Of a DNA stretch of 64,000 nt, positions 18,722 through 28,947 are shown one piece after another. Origin of the DNA: a virus (taxonomy: Duplodnaviria > Caudoviricetes); IMG/VR virus record IMGVR_UViG_3300032770_000022, positions 1,142 to 65,141 of that record. The stretch is one strand, 5' to 3'. The stretch's first letter is position 1. Every line of letters begins with the position of its first letter. The translations under genes and the position numbers were made by a program. The notes under the pieces were generated by a model. The model worked only from the letters and a program-made list of their open reading frames with translations, made no database searches and was not told where the DNA came from.

Positions 18722-20526
18722 TGGTCAGCGATCTTCCCGGCCTATTGGCCGACGCGGGCATCGGTGGGATCAAGTCCCTCCGCCCCGGTCACAGCGAAAA
18801 GTTGATCTGTCCTAGATGCGCCGGTGGCCGCACCAAGGAACATTCGCTTTACATCACGATCGACGAAGATGGCAAAGGAGCCGTGTGGAAATGCTACCGC
18901 TCCAAATGCCAATGGCAGGCAAACGGACGCATCGACGAGTCGCGACCGATGGAACGGGGGCAGCGCCCTATGAAGCGCCCCGCCGATCATTCGGCCTCTG
19001 TTCAGATAAGGCCGGACGCCCTCTACGAATGGTTCGCCGCTCGGAAAATAGGCGCCAGGACGGTGAACGAGCTTGGCATCTACGCGATCGCCGCCAGAAA
19101 CTTTCCGAAGGCCGGCAAGGTAGCGTCTATTGTGTTTCCCTATCGCTGGCGCGGTGAATTGGTGAATAGGAAATACCGGGCCTTGTCTGACGTGAAGGAC
19201 ATGGCGCAGGAGACCGATGCGCAGCACACGCTTTTCAATGTCGATCAGCTAGGAGAGGAACCGGAGGAAATCATCTGGGTGGAGGGGGAACCAGATGTCG
19301 CAGCGCTTTACGAATGCGGCATCAAGCATGCCGTGACGTTGAAGGACGGCGCTCCAGCGGAGGCAAAATTCAACGATGACGATCGCAGGTTCGGTGCTCT
19401 TAGGACCCATTCTGAAATGCTCGCCAAAGCGAAGCGGATTATCCTCGCTGGTGATATGGATGTGCCGGGTTTGGCGCTTCGGGAGGAATTGGCCAGGCGT
19501 CTTGGGCGGCATCGATGTTTCGTGGTTGACTGGCCGGCGGGCTGTAAGGATGCATGTGACACTCTACTCGAGCATGGCCTTGACGCAGTCCAAGAAGCCG
19601 TGCGAGCTGCCGAACCATATCCGATCGAAGGGCTGAATAGCGCGTACAGCGGCAAATTAGGTCCGCTGCTGGCCAGTCCTCCACCTCCAGTTATGACCAC
19701 TGGCACGGTGGCCACGGACGATGTGCTGAATCTTCCAGCGGATGGAAGGCTGATCGTCGTGACCGGCTACCCATCTTCTGGCAAAACAGCGTGGGTCCGT
19801 TTCGTAATGATGCACACAGTCGCGGAACACGACAGAAAATGGCTGGTGTTTAGCCCTGAAATGCAGCCGTGGGAGGAGTTCATCGTTCAGTGCGCCGAGG
19901 TCCTGATCGGTAAGCCGTTCTGGCCATCGCCCTATCGCGATCGGATGAACGTCGCCGAAGTCGCCAAGGCTGAACGATGGATGACGAACAAGGTGATCAT
20001 GATGGTCAACGATGCACTGGATAAGCCGCCGACACTGGATTGGATATTCGACCATGCGAGGACGGCGGTTCTTCGTGATGGCGTGACAGACTTGATGATC
20101 GACCCCTGGAATGAGATCGATCATGATCGAGGCATGATGTCGGAGACCGATTACATCGGTCGCAGTCTGCAACGCTTCAAGGCGTTCGGCCAGCGTTACG
20201 GATGCAACGTCTGGATGATAGCGCATCCGTCAAAACCTCCCCCAACACGACCAGGAGAGAAGCGCGGGCCTCCAGGACCATACGACATCAGCGGCAGCGC
20301 GAATTGGTTCAATCGCGCAGACATCGGTCTGACCGTTCATTCGCCGGAGGCGGCGGTAGCGCAAGTGATCGTCTGGAAGGCGAGGTTTCGGCGCTGGGCA
20401 AAGCGTGGTGCGCAAGCGGTCTTGGAATTCGATGACATTTGCGGCCGTTACTCTACACCGCCGAAATATGTGCCTAAGAGCGGGATACCGCCGGCGAATT
20501 GGGAACCTTGGGATGATGACCCATGA
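18721..20526 (+). CDS. Bifunctional primase-helicase (T7 gp4/Twinkle-like)
   Basis: Zn ribbon CPRC..C; TOPRIM 'VEGEPD..AGDMD..KDACD'; Walker A 'TGYPSSGKT'; 'IDPWNE', 'IAHP', 'ISGSANW'. Confidence 0.9.
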   Translation: MVSDLPGLLADAGIGGIKSLRPGHSEKLICPRCAGGRTKEHSLYITIDEDGKGAVWKCYRSKCQWQANGRIDESRPMERGQRPMKRPADHSASVQIRPDALYEWFAARKIGARTVNELGIYAIAARNFPKAGKVASIVFPYRWRGELVNRKYRALSDVKDMAQETDAQHTLFNVDQLGEEPEEIIWVEGEPDVAALYECGIKHAVTLKDGAPAEAKFNDDDRRFGALRTHSEMLAKAKRIILAGDMDVPGLALREELARRLGRHRCFVVDWPAGCKDACDTLLEHGLDAVQEAVRAAEPYPIEGLNSAYSGKLGPLLASPPPPVMTTGTVATDDVLNLPADGRLIVVTGYPSSGKTAWVRFVMMHTVAEHDRKWLVFSPEMQPWEEFIVQCAEVLIGKPFWPSPYRDRMNVAEVAKAERWMTNKVIMMVNDALDKPPTLDWIFDHARTAVLRDGVTDLMIDPWNEIDHDRGMMSETDYIGRSLQRFKAFGQRYGCNVWMIAHPSKPPPTRPGEKRGPPGPYDISGSANWFNRADIGLTVHSPEAAVAQVIVWKARFRRWAKRGAQAVLEFDDICGRYSTPPKYVPKSGIPPANWEPWDDDP

Positions 20527-20687
20527 CCTTCGCTGCTGACGACTTTGCCGCGATAGCGGTGCGCATCCGCGAGATCGCCAACGAGGAAACGCCGTGCGAG
20601 CACGAGTTCCAGGACCTGCCCGAGGGCGCCGGCCGCTACTGCGTCAAGTGCTCGCGAATCGAAGCCAAGGAGGAACCTGCGACATGA
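20523..20687 (+). CDS. Small hypothetical protein
   Basis: MTFAADDFAAI...CEH...CVKC, read by hand; ATGA coupled. Confidence 0.45.
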   Translation: MTFAADDFAAIAVRIREIANEETPCEHEFQDLPEGAGRYCVKCSRIEAKEEPAT

Positions 20688-21010
20688 AGATCAGGCTGGA
20701 GATAGAACTCGAGTACGACGACGATCTGATGACCGGCGGTGAACCCGAGAGCCGGGCATGGTTCCTCGGTCATATCCTGACGGGCACGAGCGGTAAACTG
20801 ATCCTGCACTCCAACGAAATCGGAGATGAATTGGGACCTGTCACCGTTATCCGCCAGATCGAGCCTGGAATGGTCGTAACCGGTGAAGGCGTTGCGCCAG
20901 CGGTGCATGATGGCGCGCTTGTGGACGCGCGAATCACCACGGAGAACAGAGATACGCGGGAAGTGACGATGACCGTTACAGCCTATCCGACAACCAAGGG
21001 GGAAGCATGA
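20684..21010 (+). CDS. Hypothetical protein
   Basis: AGGAGG RBS. Confidence 0.5.
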   Translation: MKIRLEIELEYDDDLMTGGEPESRAWFLGHILTGTSGKLILHSNEIGDELGPVTVIRQIEPGMVVTGEGVAPAVHDGALVDARITTENRDTREVTMTVTAYPTTKGEA

Positions 21011-21207
21011 CGGACCGATGGAAAGACGCGCGACGAGGCGACGGGCTGGTGGTGCGGGAGACGCTGGACCAGACATGGCTGATCCTGCCCGCCGACGATC
21101 GGCCGGCGATCTCGATCTGCCCATGCTGCGACAAGCCGTTCGCGAGCCAGAGGGCGGCGATGCTGGTAGCGGACGAGGTCTATCCGATGCAGGGAGGGAC
21201 GGCGTGA
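21007..21207 (+). CDS. Small hypothetical protein
   Basis: CPCC motif; coupled ORF. Confidence 0.45.
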   Translation: MTDRWKDARRGDGLVVRETLDQTWLILPADDRPAISICPCCDKPFASQRAAMLVADEVYPMQGGTA

Positions 21208-22580
21208 GACCAGAATATCAAGATTTCCTCGCGAGCAAGGCGCCGCGTCAGATGGCGGTCGGCATTGAGCCATCGCCTATGCCCTCGCATTTGTTCGATT
21301 ATCAGGCCGCATGCACCGAGTTCTGCATCCGCCAGGGACGCGCGGCATTATTCCTGGATACAGGACTCGGCAAGACTGTCTGCGAATTGGAATTCGGCCG
21401 CCAAGCTGCAGTTGCGACAAATGGCCGCGCATTGATCCTGACGCCGCTCGCCGTCGCACGGCAGATCGAAACTGAAGGGAAACGCTTCGGCTACCATGTG
21501 CGTGTTATCCGCGAACAGAGCGACGCTGCAGATGGGATCAACATCTGCAACTACGATCGTCTTGATAAGCTGGATACTACCTCATTCGGCGGCGTCATCC
21601 TCGATGAGTCGAGCATTCTCAAATCCTTCACCGGCGCGACGACGCGGGCATTGATCGAAGCGTTTGCCGGCACGCGGTTCAAATTGTGCGCGACGGCCAC
21701 GCCGGCTCCGAATGACCACATGGAACTCGGCCAGCATGCGGAATTCCTGGAAGTGATGCCGAGTAACGAAATGCTAGCACGTTGGTTTGTATCCGATCAG
21801 ACGGAGATGGGTCGGTATCGTTTGAAGAAGCATGGCGAGCAGGCGTTCTGGGACTGGATGGCGAGCTGGGCGCGCATGGCGGAAAGCCCGGCCGACCTCG
21901 GGTTCGATGCTTCGCGTTTCGGTCTGCCTCCGCTCCATGTCGTGCGCCACCGTGCAATCGGCATAGCGAGGCCGCACAAGGGCTCACTGTTCATCGAGGA
22001 CGTGTCCGCGACGAACATCCACACCATCAAACGCCAGACATCCAAGGCCCGTGCTGTCGCGCTTACCGAAGCCGTTCGCAAAGAAGCGGATCAGCCGTGG
22101 GTTGTCTGGTGCGATACCGATTACGAAGCGGATGCGTTGATTCAATCCCTCGGCGATTTTGCGATCGAGATACGTGGGTCGATGACCGCTGAGAGAAAGG
22201 AGGATTTGCATGCTGCATGGATGCGTGGCGATCGTCCTGCGCTGATCACCAAAAGCTCGATATTCGGCTATGGCATGAACTGGCAGTATTGCGCCCGGAT
22301 GGCCTTTGTCGGTCGCAGTTTCAGCTACGAGGCGTGGTATCAGGCGGTCCGGCGTTGCTGGCGCTTTGGGCAGACCGAGCCGGTGCATGTCCATCTGATT
22401 GTGGCCGACGGCGAGGATCAGATCGGCCGCGTGATCGATCGCAAGGCCGAAGGTCATGCGGCAATGAAACGCGCGATGGCTGATGCTATGCGCAGGGACC
22501 GCGCGATTGGTTCTGAATTGAAAGTGCCTTACGATCCACAGCACAAAGCGGAGTTCGTGCAATGGCTTTTCGCTGCCTGA
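21204..22580 (+). CDS. SNF2-like (SF2) helicase
   Basis: 'LFDYQ', 'DTGLGKT', 'ILDESS', 'ATATPAPND', 'QAVRRCWRFGQ'. Confidence 0.88.
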   Translation: MRPEYQDFLASKAPRQMAVGIEPSPMPSHLFDYQAACTEFCIRQGRAALFLDTGLGKTVCELEFGRQAAVATNGRALILTPLAVARQIETEGKRFGYHVRVIREQSDAADGINICNYDRLDKLDTTSFGGVILDESSILKSFTGATTRALIEAFAGTRFKLCATATPAPNDHMELGQHAEFLEVMPSNEMLARWFVSDQTEMGRYRLKKHGEQAFWDWMASWARMAESPADLGFDASRFGLPPLHVVRHRAIGIARPHKGSLFIEDVSATNIHTIKRQTSKARAVALTEAVRKEADQPWVVWCDTDYEADALIQSLGDFAIEIRGSMTAERKEDLHAAWMRGDRPALITKSSIFGYGMNWQYCARMAFVGRSFSYEAWYQAVRRCWRFGQTEPVHVHLIVADGEDQIGRVIDRKAEGHAAMKRAMADAMRRDRAIGSELKVPYDPQHKAEFVQWLFAA

Positions 22581-23455
22581 ACGAGAAACATGGCGACGCA
22601 TGGCAGGCGATCCAGGGGGATTGCGTGGATGTGACGGCGCAGATGCCGGATCGGTCGGTCGACTTCGCGGTCTATTCGCCGCCGTTTTCTGGATTATATA
22701 TCTACAACGAATCCGCCGCTGACATGGGCAACAGCGCGGACGATGCGGAATTCCTGCGCCACTATTCCTACTTCGCGACGGAATTGTATCGAGTGATGCG
22801 GCCTGGCCGCATCGTGGCCGTTCATTGCAAAGACCTGGTGTTCTATCGCAACCAGCGAGGGACCGCTGGATTGCGCGATCTTCCCGGCATGCTGATTCGA
22901 GCGCATGAAGAAGCCGGATTTACTTTCCATTCCAGGGTGACGATATGGCGCTGCCCGGTGCGCGAGATGACCAAGACGAAAGCTCACGGCCTGTTATACA
23001 AGCAACTCCGCGCCGACTCGTCATTCTCGCGCCAGGGACTGCCGGAATACATCCTTGCCTTTCGCAAGTGGGCGTCCGAGGAAGACGCCGACGATGTCCT
23101 GCCTGTGACCAAGACTCGCGATGACTTTCCGCTGTCATGGTGGCAGGAAACGGCCTCGCCCGTATGGATGGATACCCGCGAAACCGATGTTCTCAATGCG
23201 CAGCGTGATCCGCTGGACGAAAAGCACATTTGCCCGATGCCGCTCGATCTCACGACGCGAGCGGCCGCGCTCTGGAGCAATCCGAGCGACGTGGTGTTCT
23301 CCCCTTTCATGGGGATCGGCAGCGAAGGTGTCGTTGCGCTGAAACTCCGGCGCAAGTTCATCGGTGTCGAACTGAAGGAGAGCTATTTCAAGCAGGCATG
23401 CCGTCACCTAGGCGCCGCCGAGGCTGGAGCGGTCGATCTGTTTGAGGCGGCCTGA
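22562..23455 (+). CDS. N4/N6 DNA methyltransferase (beta class)
   Basis: Catalytic 'SPPF' precedes the SAM motif 'FSPFMGIGSEG'; 'KHICPM'. Confidence 0.88.
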   Translation: MAFRCLNEKHGDAWQAIQGDCVDVTAQMPDRSVDFAVYSPPFSGLYIYNESAADMGNSADDAEFLRHYSYFATELYRVMRPGRIVAVHCKDLVFYRNQRGTAGLRDLPGMLIRAHEEAGFTFHSRVTIWRCPVREMTKTKAHGLLYKQLRADSSFSRQGLPEYILAFRKWASEEDADDVLPVTKTRDDFPLSWWQETASPVWMDTRETDVLNAQRDPLDEKHICPMPLDLTTRAAALWSNPSDVVFSPFMGIGSEGVVALKLRRKFIGVELKESYFKQACRHLGAAEAGAVDLFEAA

Positions 23456-24231
23456 TGTCGCGCAAGCGGGTGCCCTGGGACGGGCCCTATCCGTCGCCGG
23501 GCGAGTACCTCCAGACGCGCACGGCCGAGACCGCGCTGCTGATCCGCTCCGTCGAGCCTCTGGCCCGGCAGGACATATCCGGCGCCCGGCTGGTACTCGA
23601 GCTCGTCTCCGTCGCCCGCGACGCGATCCCGTTCGGCTCGGTTATCCACCCCTGGCCGCGTTTCCAGACGCACGAACTGGAAGGCCCGGCGCGCGTGCGC
23701 CAGGTCGTAAGCGGCTCGGCGGCGGTCATGCGCGCGACATGGAGGGACCCGGACGACATCAGGCCCACGGCGGCGCGCAGGGCGCGGGAGATCACCGGCT
23801 GGCGCGCGTTCTGTCCGCTGCGACGGATGGCGGCGAACCGTGGCAGCGACATCACGGAGCGCCAGATACTCGCCGCCGACCATCTGCGCTGCCTCGCTGA
23901 GCAGGCCCTGGTCGGGTTCTCCGGCCGGTCGATGGAGGCGGTCACGATCGGGTTCGGGCCGCGCGATGGTCCCACGGCGGCGGCGCTCGCCCAGGCCTAT
24001 GCGTGCCTGGACTTCGCCCGGGCGATGCGGCGATTCGACGGGCGGCAGCGCGCGCTGATCACCCACGTGGTGCTGCTGTGCCGCCCGCTGGCGGCGTGGT
24101 GCGCCCAGGCGGGACAATCCCTGCCCGGAGAGACGAGGCGGCTCCTGGACGCTCTGGCGCGGCTGGAGGGGCACTTCGCGAGCGAAGTCGATCGGGCAAT
24201 AGCGGGCGAGAGGTTGGTAAGGGCCGCGTGA
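23455..24231 (+). CDS. Putative late transcriptional regulator (DUF6456-like)
   Basis: Last gene of the replication operon; 'ITERQILAADHLR' and a C-terminal HTH-like segment. Confidence 0.45.
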   Translation: MSRKRVPWDGPYPSPGEYLQTRTAETALLIRSVEPLARQDISGARLVLELVSVARDAIPFGSVIHPWPRFQTHELEGPARVRQVVSGSAAVMRATWRDPDDIRPTAARRAREITGWRAFCPLRRMAANRGSDITERQILAADHLRCLAEQALVGFSGRSMEAVTIGFGPRDGPTAAALAQAYACLDFARAMRRFDGRQRALITHVVLLCRPLAAWCAQAGQSLPGETRRLLDALARLEGHFASEVDRAIAGERLVRAA

Positions 24232-24511
24232 TCGTGGTATGGTGCGCCCGGCCATCAAGAACGCTCGTGCGTGAGGTGTCCTCTGTGAATGAGGCCCGGC
24301 AGGGTCCAATCTCCCTTGGTTCCCATCCCTGCCGGCGCTTCACGCGAATCGCTCCCGCGAAGTTGTGCATCTGGACGGATCGGCGCCGTGCGCAGGAAAT
24401 CTCTGTGCCATCGGCGCTTTCCCCCCGCGTCGCTCGCGGATACTTGACAACGGAACTGAGATTCGGGCAGGCTTTCTGACAGATTGGCGAAATTGCTGCC
24501 CGATGGGCACG

Positions 24512-24548
24512 AAAAAAGGCGGCCAGGAATCTCTCCCCGGCCGCCTTG
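24512..24548 (-). terminator. Intrinsic terminator between convergent operons
   Basis: AAAAAAGGCGGCC...GGCCGCCTT hairpin. Confidence 0.6.
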
Positions 24549-24562
24549 TCAGGCGAAATCAG

Positions 24563-24703
24563 CTACTGGCAGGCGACGTTAGTCGCGATCTTGTAAGCAG
24601 CCAGAAACAGCAGCGTGGCTAAACTCAGCCCCACCAACGACACAGCGATCATTGCAAAATTCATTACTGCATCCAGCAGGGTAAACTGTTCTTTGGTTCT
24701 CAT
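24563..24703 (-). CDS. Small membrane protein
   Basis: Single hydrophobic helix. Confidence 0.4.
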   Translation of the reverse strand: MRTKEQFTLLDAVMNFAMIAVSLVGLSLATLLFLAAYKIATNVACQ

Positions 24704-24924
24704 GCCCTGATCCTCCGTTGTATCAGCTTCAATTCCACGCGCTCGGCGCGGCAGTTCGAGCATAGCCGGGCGATCTCGCCCTCGGGCGACAGCCCGCACA
24801 CCCATTGTCCGCAGTTGCAGCAGTCGAAGCCGGTCGGATCGGTCGGCGACGGCGGATGGCGGTTGCGCGTCAGTTTCTCCCTGGCACCCTGCTCGCGGGT
24901 GCTGTAGCGCACGATGGCGTCCAT
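24700..24924 (-). CDS. Small Zn-finger protein
   Basis: CCNCG...CSNC. Confidence 0.45.
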   Translation of the reverse strand: MDAIVRYSTREQGAREKLTRNRHPPSPTDPTGFDCCNCGQWVCGLSPEGEIARLCSNCRAERVELKLIQRRIRA

Positions 24925-25142
24925 CAGCCGCCTCCCTGGTTGATGACGTTCGTGGCCCAGATCGACGCGTCGAGCAGTTCCTCCCAGACGCGCTCGGGGA
25001 TGGGCTGGCGCTGGATGTTGCGATTGATGACCATCGCCGCCGCGTCGCGCAGACGGCGCAGCGCGTCGAGCTTGATGTCGTCCTCGATCACGGAGATCGC
25101 GTCGGCGATCAGTCCGCGCGAAACCGGAAACTTGTCGCTCAT
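24924..25142 (-). CDS. Hypothetical protein
   Basis: CAGAGGAC RBS-like leader. Confidence 0.5.
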   Translation of the reverse strand: MSDKFPVSRGLIADAISVIEDDIKLDALRRLRDAAAMVINRNIQRQPIPERVWEELLDASIWATNVINQGGG

Positions 25143-25207
25143 TGTCGGTTGTCCTCTGTGGTTCCCTGGCTGGTCCAGGCAGATGCAGCGGACGTTCCGC
25201 TGCATCT

Positions 25208-25788
25208 GTCGCGGATCAGGCTGTGATGCGGGGACATGCTCCATCGTTCTTGATGACCCGTTGGACGCGGTCGATGACATCGCCCGGCGTGATCTTCCAC
25301 GATCTGTTCGGATACGAATCCGGGTCGAACAGGTACGCCGCGGCGCTCTTGGTGATGTCGTAGAATTCGGCCGCCGCCTCATAGTCCATGCTTCCTGCGA
25401 AGCAGGGCGTGCAACGCAGTCCGGTGTTTCCTTTCAGCCTTTCGTTGTATTCCTCGATGGTGTGGATGGTGTTGCCTAGGACGTCTCCGCCGAGGTAGAC
25501 GCGCAGGCTAAGACCTGCGGCCTGCATCAGCGGATCGAGCGCGGCGTAGCCGAAGGCACACGCGACCGTGCCGCATGCCTCTCGTTCGATCCACGAACCC
25601 ATGTTGAACGCGAGATGCTGTTCCTCGACGCGGCGCAGGATCGCGATCTGGTGCTGTAGTCTGTCTAGGTTCATTTCGGTTGGTCCTCTGCTCGGGTTGT
25701 CCTGGACTGGTCCAGGCGGAAGGGGCAACGCACCCTTTCGGATGCGTGCCCCTGCCGTCGCGGATCAGGCTGCGATGCGGCGACGTGC
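25208..25788. repeat. 32-bp near-perfect direct repeat (25208-25239, 25757-25788) spanning two stop codons
   Basis: 29/32 identical, GTCGCGGATCAGGCTGyGATGCGGsGACrTGC. Confidence 0.8.
25216..25674 (-). CDS. Hypothetical protein
   Basis: 'FNMGSW....CGTVACAFGYA' recurrent phage motif. Confidence 0.6.
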   Translation of the reverse strand: MNLDRLQHQIAILRRVEEQHLAFNMGSWIEREACGTVACAFGYAALDPLMQAAGLSLRVYLGGDVLGNTIHTIEEYNERLKGNTGLRCTPCFAGSMDYEAAAEFYDITKSAAAYLFDPDSYPNRSWKITPGDVIDRVQRVIKNDGACPRITA

Positions 25789-26895
25789 CGGCGCGTTGTC
25801 CTGCGCCGTCGCGATCTGCTTCCACTCTCCCGGACCCAGATCAATTATCTCGCCGCCGATGCGTTCGAATTCACTCGCACGGTCGTAATTCTCCAGGTCC
25901 TCGGCGGCGCGCGTGATGCTGTTGAACAAGCCATAGCGGGTTAACGATCCGCCCTCGATCAGATGCCGCAGCACCCCGCCCTGCTCCGTCTCGGTCATGC
26001 CGAAGCGGCGCGCGGCGAACTCCACCACCTTGACCGGATCGCCCTCGATCTTCTGGGCGACGGTTTCGGTGATCTTGGCGATGCGCGCCTGGAAACGCGC
26101 CTCGTCGAACGCGGCCCGCGCGACGTCGCGGACCTGCATCCACAGCGCCTTGTCGGTCTGCGCCCTGGTCTCGTCCGACAGCAGTTCCATCACCCCGTCG
26201 CCGGCGGCGATCTCGTGCCGCGCGCCGACGTGGCGCCGCTTCATGCTCTCGGTCTTGAACACGGCGAGATTGGTGCAGGCCCGCGTCCACACGGCGGTCT
26301 CCACGCTGATCGCGCCAGCGCCCACCTCCGAGTTGGAGATGACGATGGCGGGGACGCAGGTGTCGAAGATCGTGTGGCTGCCGTCGCCCATGCGCCCGCG
26401 CGGGATGTCCGCGTTGATGCTCTGGTCGACCGCCTTGAGGTAGAGCCGCCGCTCCGTAAGCTCGCAGGAGATGACCTCCAGCCTGAGGTCGGCGAACACG
26501 GGCAGCACCGCCTCCGCCAGATCGACGTTCTCCAGCGGGCGGTACTTGTCGGACAGCAGCGCTCGCACGTTGCCGTCCATCGCCCTGACCAGCCTATTCT
26601 CGTGCTTGAGGTCGAACCAGGTGTTGACGTTCTGCACGAGCAGGTGCGGCGCCTCGGCGAGCATGCGGTCGTAGTACTTGCCGGGGATTTCCGTGTAGGT
26701 GCCGATCTGGTCGTGGGCGAGCGAGTTGATCCCGAACACGTCGCGGTCGCCGACGCCGAGCAGCACGCCTGACGGCCTGTCCGGGTTCTTGACGAGCATC
26801 GCGATGTCCTGGGTGGACGCCACGAGGTCGCGCTTGGCGTTCTGCTGCCGATCGATCTCGATCGCGAGGTCGGTCAGTGATTTGCCGGTCTTCAT
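25765..26895 (-). CDS. DUF932-family protein
   Basis: 'MKTGKSLTDLA.EI.RQ..AKRD', 'RALLSDKY..LEN', 'ISNSEVGAG', 'CTNL'. Confidence 0.75.
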   Translation of the reverse strand: MKTGKSLTDLAIEIDRQQNAKRDLVASTQDIAMLVKNPDRPSGVLLGVGDRDVFGINSLAHDQIGTYTEIPGKYYDRMLAEAPHLLVQNVNTWFDLKHENRLVRAMDGNVRALLSDKYRPLENVDLAEAVLPVFADLRLEVISCELTERRLYLKAVDQSINADIPRGRMGDGSHTIFDTCVPAIVISNSEVGAGAISVETAVWTRACTNLAVFKTESMKRRHVGARHEIAAGDGVMELLSDETRAQTDKALWMQVRDVARAAFDEARFQARIAKITETVAQKIEGDPVKVVEFAARRFGMTETEQGGVLRHLIEGGSLTRYGLFNSITRAAEDLENYDRASEFERIGGEIIDLGPGEWKQIATAQDNAPARRRIAA

Positions 26896-26978
26896 TGTGT
26901 TTGTGTCCTCTGTTGGTGTCCTTGCTCCTGGCAAGGCGGTAGCAGCGCCACCTCGCGATGCGCGCTGCTGCCGTCACG

Positions 26979-27176
26979 TCAGGATGAAAGCAGCCACTCA
27001 CGGCATTCTGGCGACCGCTCAGCCAGCACCAGCAGTCGCCGCGTCGGCTCAGGTATCCTCATCGTGCCGGCGAGGTAGCGTTCGGCTGTTCTGGTATCGA
27101 CGCCCACCAGCCGCGCGAGAGCGCCCACGGTGAGGCCCAGGCGCTCCCGGTAGGCGCGCAGTTCCTCGGCGGTCAC
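26979..27176 (-). CDS. HTH DNA-binding protein
   Basis: 'MTAEELRAYRERLGLTVGALARLVGVDTRTAERY..G...IP'. Confidence 0.75.
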   Translation of the reverse strand: MTAEELRAYRERLGLTVGALARLVGVDTRTAERYLAGTMRIPEPTRRLLVLAERSPECREWLLSS

Positions 27177-27466
27177 AGCGACCCGCCGTCCGCGTCGCCC
27201 TCGGCCTCGGCCTTGGCTGGCGAGGTATCTGCCTTCCTGGGCCTACCCGGCCGTTTCCGACCGTCTCCGTTGAGCCGGGCAATCAAGTCGCGCACCTCGT
27301 CCAGCCGCGCCTGGGTCATCGCCAGTTGCATGCCGTGTTTCGCCTCATCGGCGACAAGCTGGCGTTCCCGCTCCAGCAACGCGGCCAGAGCGGGTGACAC
27401 AGAGGTCTCGTCCATCGGTATCCTCCGGTTGTTGCGGGTCGGTCGGTAGGCGGTGACGATCGTCAT
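27173..27466 (-). CDS. Coiled-coil protein with AT-hook-like RPGRPRK
   Basis: Translation of ORF. Confidence 0.5.
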   Translation of the reverse strand: MTIVTAYRPTRNNRRIPMDETSVSPALAALLERERQLVADEAKHGMQLAMTQARLDEVRDLIARLNGDGRKRPGRPRKADTSPAKAEAEGDADGGSL

Positions 27467-27702
27467 GACTGCTTGCTCCTGGAGTAGGCCAGAACTTCCT
27501 CCATCTCGGTCTCCAGCGCCTCGATCTGCTGGACGAGCCAAGCGGCATCTTCAGCGTGGAAATCCTGCGGATTGCGGATGAGCGCCTGCCAGGCATTGTG
27601 CTTGATGCTCGCCAGTCGTTCCTCGCGGGTGAAAGGGCGTTCTTTCCAGGCCCGGTCCTGGCGATCGTGGATCGCATCCATGCGGGCTGCGTAGTTGGTC
27701 AT
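27463..27702 (-). CDS. Hypothetical protein
   Basis: AAGGAG RBS; first gene of the leftward operon. Confidence 0.55.
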   Translation of the reverse strand: MTNYAARMDAIHDRQDRAWKERPFTREERLASIKHNAWQALIRNPQDFHAEDAAWLVQQIEALETEMEEVLAYSRSKQS

Positions 27703-28449
27703 CTTGCTTGCTCCTTTGGTCCGGCATGAACGCCGCGACAGGAAGCAATATACCCGACGATCCGCCGGTGTGCAATAGGCTTGAAATGGAAAAGGCCCGA
27801 AAACAGAGCGGGAGCCGCATCAGTTGACACGACTCCCGCTCCGGCGTTCAGATGGAGGGGTCAGACAGCGTTTCCAGCGCTCCTGACCACGGACCCGATG
27901 CGTGCAGGCGCTATCGTTCCGCTGGCCTCTCTCCCGGTCATATGCCGGTTTTGGGCCGCCGAAACAAGCCCCGCCAACGCGACGTTCCCGTGAAAGGGTC
28001 AATGGAGTTGCGTTGCGGGATCAGCCACCGGACAACCCGGCATGTCGCTCCCCGCCGCCCGGCGGCTTCGCATGAAAAGCTGGCGCGCACGCGTCGGCAG
28101 TGGGGATCGCCGCAAACTGCCGTCCCCTGAGAGGCCCCGGTAGCTCGCCTCGCTGGGAATGCCTCGATCGACGGCCGCAAGGCCAAAGGAGCGCGGAACG
28201 CCGCAAGGCACGGGTCATGGTCGAACGCCCCGATCCGCATGGCGAGTGTCTGGGACCAGACTGCGGGACGGTCGGGCGTATCCAGATCACATCTTCCCAT
28301 GAGGGAAGGTGTGTCCAGAAGCCGCCAGCGAACAATCAGGCGTAAGCCACTGACAAGGAGGCAATCATGCAGGCCGCGCGCACCTTTGCTGAGATCGCTG
28401 CCGAGCGGATTTGGGCGCTCGCTGCGGCTTAGGCTGCAGGGTTCTTCGT

Positions 28450-28947
28450 ATGTCTATTGGTCCTGACGACAAACCAGAGGAACAAAAGCCGCCGGAAAGG
28501 AACAAGGGCGGCCGGCCTCGTTACCAGCCGAAACCGCAGGACAGGCAACTCGTTCATGCCCTCCATGCCCACGGTTTCAGCCTTCGGTTTATCGCCAAGA
28601 AAGTCGGCATCGATGTGACCACGCTGCGCAAGGCGTTCCGCGAGGACCTCCGCCAGGCGCATGAAGAGATCAAAGCGGCGATGGTCGCCTCGCTCCTGCG
28701 GTCAGCCAACGGCGGAGCCTGGGGTGCAGCGAAGTACTGGCTCATGTGCTTCGGCGGGCCTGAATGGAAGCCGCCCAGGGAAGCTGAGGACGTACTGCCG
28801 CCAGGCGCGAACGCCGGGAACACCACCATCGTCATCCGGGGCGGGCTGCCGCCGCAGGTTTACACCGACGCCGGGCCGGACATCGAGGGCGTGCCCCCGA
28901 AGATGAACGGCAGGGGCAATGGTGCAGACCCAGACCATCCAGCTTGA
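28450..28947 (+). CDS. terS: Terminase small subunit
   Basis: 'GGRP', HTH 'IAKKVGIDVTTLRK.F..DL', 'AAKYWL'; directly upstream of TerL. Confidence 0.75.
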   Translation: MSIGPDDKPEEQKPPERNKGGRPRYQPKPQDRQLVHALHAHGFSLRFIAKKVGIDVTTLRKAFREDLRQAHEEIKAAMVASLLRSANGGAWGAAKYWLMCFGGPEWKPPREAEDVLPPGANAGNTTIVIRGGLPPQVYTDAGPDIEGVPPKMNGRGNGADPDHPA

